DNA from: an uncultured Gemmatimonadales bacterium | Lineage (GTDB): Bacteria; Gemmatimonadota; Gemmatimonadetes; Longimicrobiales; RSA9 | Reading direction: 5' to 3' | Assembly (NCBI GenBank): GCA_963783305.1 | Contig: CAWAMW010000002.1 | Coordinates: forward strand, 32,001-96,000 | DNA: 64,000 nucleotides | Shown: piece after piece, positions 61,670 to 64,000 of the stretch | Position numbering within the stretch: position 1 is the stretch's first letter | Layout of the letters: the number at the start of each line of letters is the position of its first letter | The notes under the pieces: generated by a model | What the model was told of the DNA's origin: nothing | The model's input: only the letters and a program-made list of their open reading frames with translations | Database searches by the model: none | Program-made: the position numbers and the translations under genes

Positions 61670-62023
61670 TCAGGGGGGACGGGATCTGGCCCAGGTGATC
61701 AGGCGGTTCAGGTCGAGTTTGATATCCTTGAGCCGCCGGAGCCCCTCATCGATCAGGGGAGGCGGAAGGGCCCGGGCCGCGGCGAGGCCGCCCAGGCAGC
61801 GCTCACACTCACCGCAGGAGCGGTAGGCGTACCGGAAGAACCGCTTCTTGTCTCCCGTGCTGCTCTCGTCCAGCCCCTCCCCAACGTTCGCAAGCGCAGA
61901 GACCGCCGCCCGCCTCAACTGATCATTCACCTCCGACCAGTGCCCCCCCAGAGCCCGCTCCACCCGATCACAGAACCCCAGCAGCTCCCCCGCCAGCCGC
62001 GCCACCCGGTATCTCTCCCCCAT
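61670..62023 (-). CDS. Four-helix-bundle protein (23S rRNA IVP / Avd-like family), 117 aa
   Basis: AAAGGAGG SD; family signature DQLRRAAVSALANVGEG......DKKRFFRYAYRSCGECERCL. Confidence 0.88.
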   Translation of the reverse strand: MGERYRVARLAGELLGFCDRVERALGGHWSEVNDQLRRAAVSALANVGEGLDESSTGDKKRFFRYAYRSCGECERCLGGLAAARALPPPLIDEGLRRLKDIKLDLNRLITWARSRPP

Positions 62024-62099
62024 CGCCCCCTCCTTTCCATGCCTCCACAACCTCCCTCTCCCCCCAGGGCACCTCCATAGCCCAACGCGCCATCTCTCC

Positions 62100-62260
62100 C
62101 CTGCGAGGCGCAGCCGAGCCACCCTGCGAGGCGTAGCCGAGCCATACTGCGAGGCCCAGCCGAGCCATACTGCGAGGCGCAGCCGAGCCATACTGCGAGG
62201 CCCAGCCGAGCCATACTGCGAGGCGCAGCCGAGCCATACTGCGAGCCAAAGGCGAGCCAC
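62100..62260 (-). repeat. Tandem array, 7 x 23 bp (right arm, inverted relative to left arm)
   Basis: MCTGCGAGGCSCAGCCGAGCCAY; reverse complement RTGGCTCGGCTGCGCCTCGCAGK matches the left unit. Confidence 0.97.
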
Positions 62261-62334
62261 CCTGGCTCACTTCTTGCCCCTCCGCACCACCACGAGAACG
62301 CCGGAAATCGACCCGGCCAAACACCAGGCCCGCC

Positions 62335-62718
62335 ATGCCGGAAACGATCCTGATTGTGGACGATGACCCCGACTCGCTCGACATCGTCCGAACGTTCCTC
62401 GAGTCGCGCGGATATGACGTCCATATCGCTCGCGACGGGAAGTCGGGCCTCGCGAAGCTCGAAGAAGTGGAGCCGTCGCTCGTCCTTCTCGACGTGATGA
62501 TGCCCGGCATGGATGGCTGGCAGGTCGCCCGCGTGATCAAGAACCACCCGGAGCACGGCGACACCCGGGTGGTCATGCTCACCGCCCGCAGCGGGTTCAA
62601 CGACAAGCAGGAAGGGCTACGGTCCGGGGCCGATGATTATATCGTCAAGCCGATCCGGTTGGACGAACTCGCGGCCCGGGTCGAGAAGAACCTGGAGGCG
62701 CGGGCGAAGCTGACGTGA
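62335..62718 (+). CDS. Single-domain response regulator
   Basis: ILIVDDD, LLDVMMPGMDG, VMLTAR, GADDYIVKP. Confidence 0.95.
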   Translation: MPETILIVDDDPDSLDIVRTFLESRGYDVHIARDGKSGLAKLEEVEPSLVLLDVMMPGMDGWQVARVIKNHPEHGDTRVVMLTARSGFNDKQEGLRSGADDYIVKPIRLDELAARVEKNLEARAKLT

Positions 62719-64000
62719 AGATCCTCAGCCGCATCGAAGACCCCGAGCTGCGCGATCAGCTCGACCGGGTCGCGCAGCGAATCAAGGCAGAGGTATCGGA
62801 CAGCTCTGAGGCCTCTTCCCCCGGCACGGGCGCGGCGGCCTCGACCGTCCTCTTCGTCGAGATGCCCGCCGACCGATGTCTCAACGGCGTCGAGGAGGAG
62901 GCGAAGCGCGTGGGCGCGGCCCTCCTGATCGCGTGCCGCGACATGGAGGATTGCAGTGCCGCGGCCCTCTCACGCGCCGACGAATGGGTCCTCCTGCCCT
63001 CCTCCGAGGCGGAAATCGAGGCGCGACTTGGAACCGCGCGGCAGCGGGCGCTGGCCCGGGCGGTGTCGAATGCCGACCATGATGGCGATGTCGCCGAGTT
63101 CCTCCGCTACGAGGAGCTGCTCCACGATCGTCTCACCGGCTTCCCCACGCTCCCCGTCATGCTCGAAAAGGCGCGCGAGATCCTGGAGCGGCGCGGTGAG
63201 CTGACCATCCTCTACATCCAGTTCGTCTGGTACGAGAAGATCGAGGAGATCTACGGCTGGCAGAAGCTGGACGGCGTCCTCGAGTCCACCGCGGAGGGTG
63301 TCGAGCAGTTCTATCGTCAGCACCATCCCGAGGCCGACAGCCAGATGATGGTCAGCCACATCGGCGACGACGACTTCATCCTCTTCACCGAGCATCCGAA
63401 GGCGAGTGACTCCACCCAGCCGGAGCAGGCGCTGAAGGACCTCACGCAGCGCCTGGAAGGCTTCCTGCGCCAGAAGCTCGAGAACGACCACTCCGAGGAC
63501 ATCGCATCTCTCTGCGGCATCTACGTAGGAGCGGCGACCATCTTCCGGAACCCCAAGATCCGGATGGAGCGGCTGATCTACCGCGGTATCCGCGAAGCGT
63601 CGCAGGCTGCGCGGGGCGCCAAGGAATGGGAGCGGACGCGGAAGATCAGCGACCTGAAGACGCTGCTCCGGGAAGGGGCGGTCTTCATGGAGTACCACCC
63701 CATCATCGTCACCGCGACCGAGGAGATCTACGGCTACGAGGCGCTCGCCCGGGGCCGCCGCCCGGGGCTCCGATCCCCCGAGGTCCTTCTGGACGTGGCC
63801 AGCGAGGCCAACCTCCTCTGGGAGCTCTCCCGCCTCTTTCGCAAGCGCGCCGTGGAGGGAATCAATGGGCTCCTGGGCGAGGACCAGTACCTGTTCATGA
63901 ACGTGGATCCGCACGACTTCAACGATCCGGATTTCCGCGACCTGACGCCGGAAGCGCTCGGAGTGGAGAACCCCGACCGCATCGTGCTGGAGATCACCGA
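62715..64000 (+). CDS. Degenerate GGDEF + EAL domain protein (runs off the window)
   Basis: Hand translation from GTG 62715 (GTGA overlap): HDRLTGFPT...EEIYGWQKLD...HIGDDDFI; then YHPII...GYEALARG...LFMNVDP...IVLEIT. Confidence 0.88.
   Translation, partial: MKILSRIEDPELRDQLDRVAQRIKAEVSDSSEASSPGTGAAASTVLFVEMPADRCLNGVEEEAKRVGAALLIACRDMEDCSAAALSRADEWVLLPSSEAEIEARLGTARQRALARAVSNADHDGDVAEFLRYEELLHDRLTGFPTLPVMLEKAREILERRGELTILYIQFVWYEKIEEIYGWQKLDGVLESTAEGVEQFYRQHHPEADSQMMVSHIGDDDFILFTEHPKASDSTQPEQALKDLTQRLEGFLRQKLENDHSEDIASLCGIYVGAATIFRNPKIRMERLIYRGIREASQAARGAKEWERTRKISDLKTLLREGAVFMEYHPIIVTATEEIYGYEALARGRRPGLRSPEVLLDVASEANLLWELSRLFRKRAVEGINGLLGEDQYLFMNVDPHDFNDPDFRDLTPEALGVENPDRIVLEIT

Noticed and set aside
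61670..62023. True 23S rRNA intervening sequence
   Set aside because: No rRNA sequence flanks it; both neighbours are protein-coding genes.
61537..62260. CRISPR arrays flanking the small gene
   Set aside because: Units are head-to-tail with no unique spacers.
61670..62260. 196-aa ORF version of the four-helix-bundle gene
   Set aside because: The extension is translated repeat array; a strong SD precedes ATG 62023.

Overview
High-GC bacterial chromosomal window. Gene content (ADOP-type permeases with PadR, a TonB/ExbBD cluster, large NAD-GDH) suggests Gemmatimonadota/Longimicrobiales; this is inference only. Housekeeping genes: gyrA, a threonine dehydratase-like gene, uvrA, pckA, NAD-glutamate dehydrogenase and a complete his operon (hisG, fused hisD-hisC, hisH, hisA, hisB, hisF, hisN, hisIE) preceded by an unannotated six-His leader peptide and attenuator. 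Envelope, signalling and accessory genes: TonB-ExbB-ExbD-ExbD plus a TolB-like/M28/PDZ lipoprotein, an M16 peptidase pair, a hybrid histidine kinase, three ADOP permeases, an ECF sigma cassette, SpoIID/LytB, and GGDEF and GGDEF-EAL proteins. No rRNA, tRNA, transposase, integrase or CRISPR-cas was seen. The most unusual non-coding signals are: (1) a four-helix-bundle (23S rRNA IVP/Avd-like) gene enclosed between two mutually inverted tandem-repeat arrays; (2) a ~215-nt structured RNA candidate with its own sigma70 promoter and terminator, overlapped by twin operators next to a TetR gene; (3) the His attenuator; (4) a diverged second copy of the SpoIID 3' end bracketing the ECF cassette; (5) heptamer arrays at gene junctions and in frame inside uvrA; (6) a pair of inverted AT-rich motifs bracketing an 8.2-kb decaying block.
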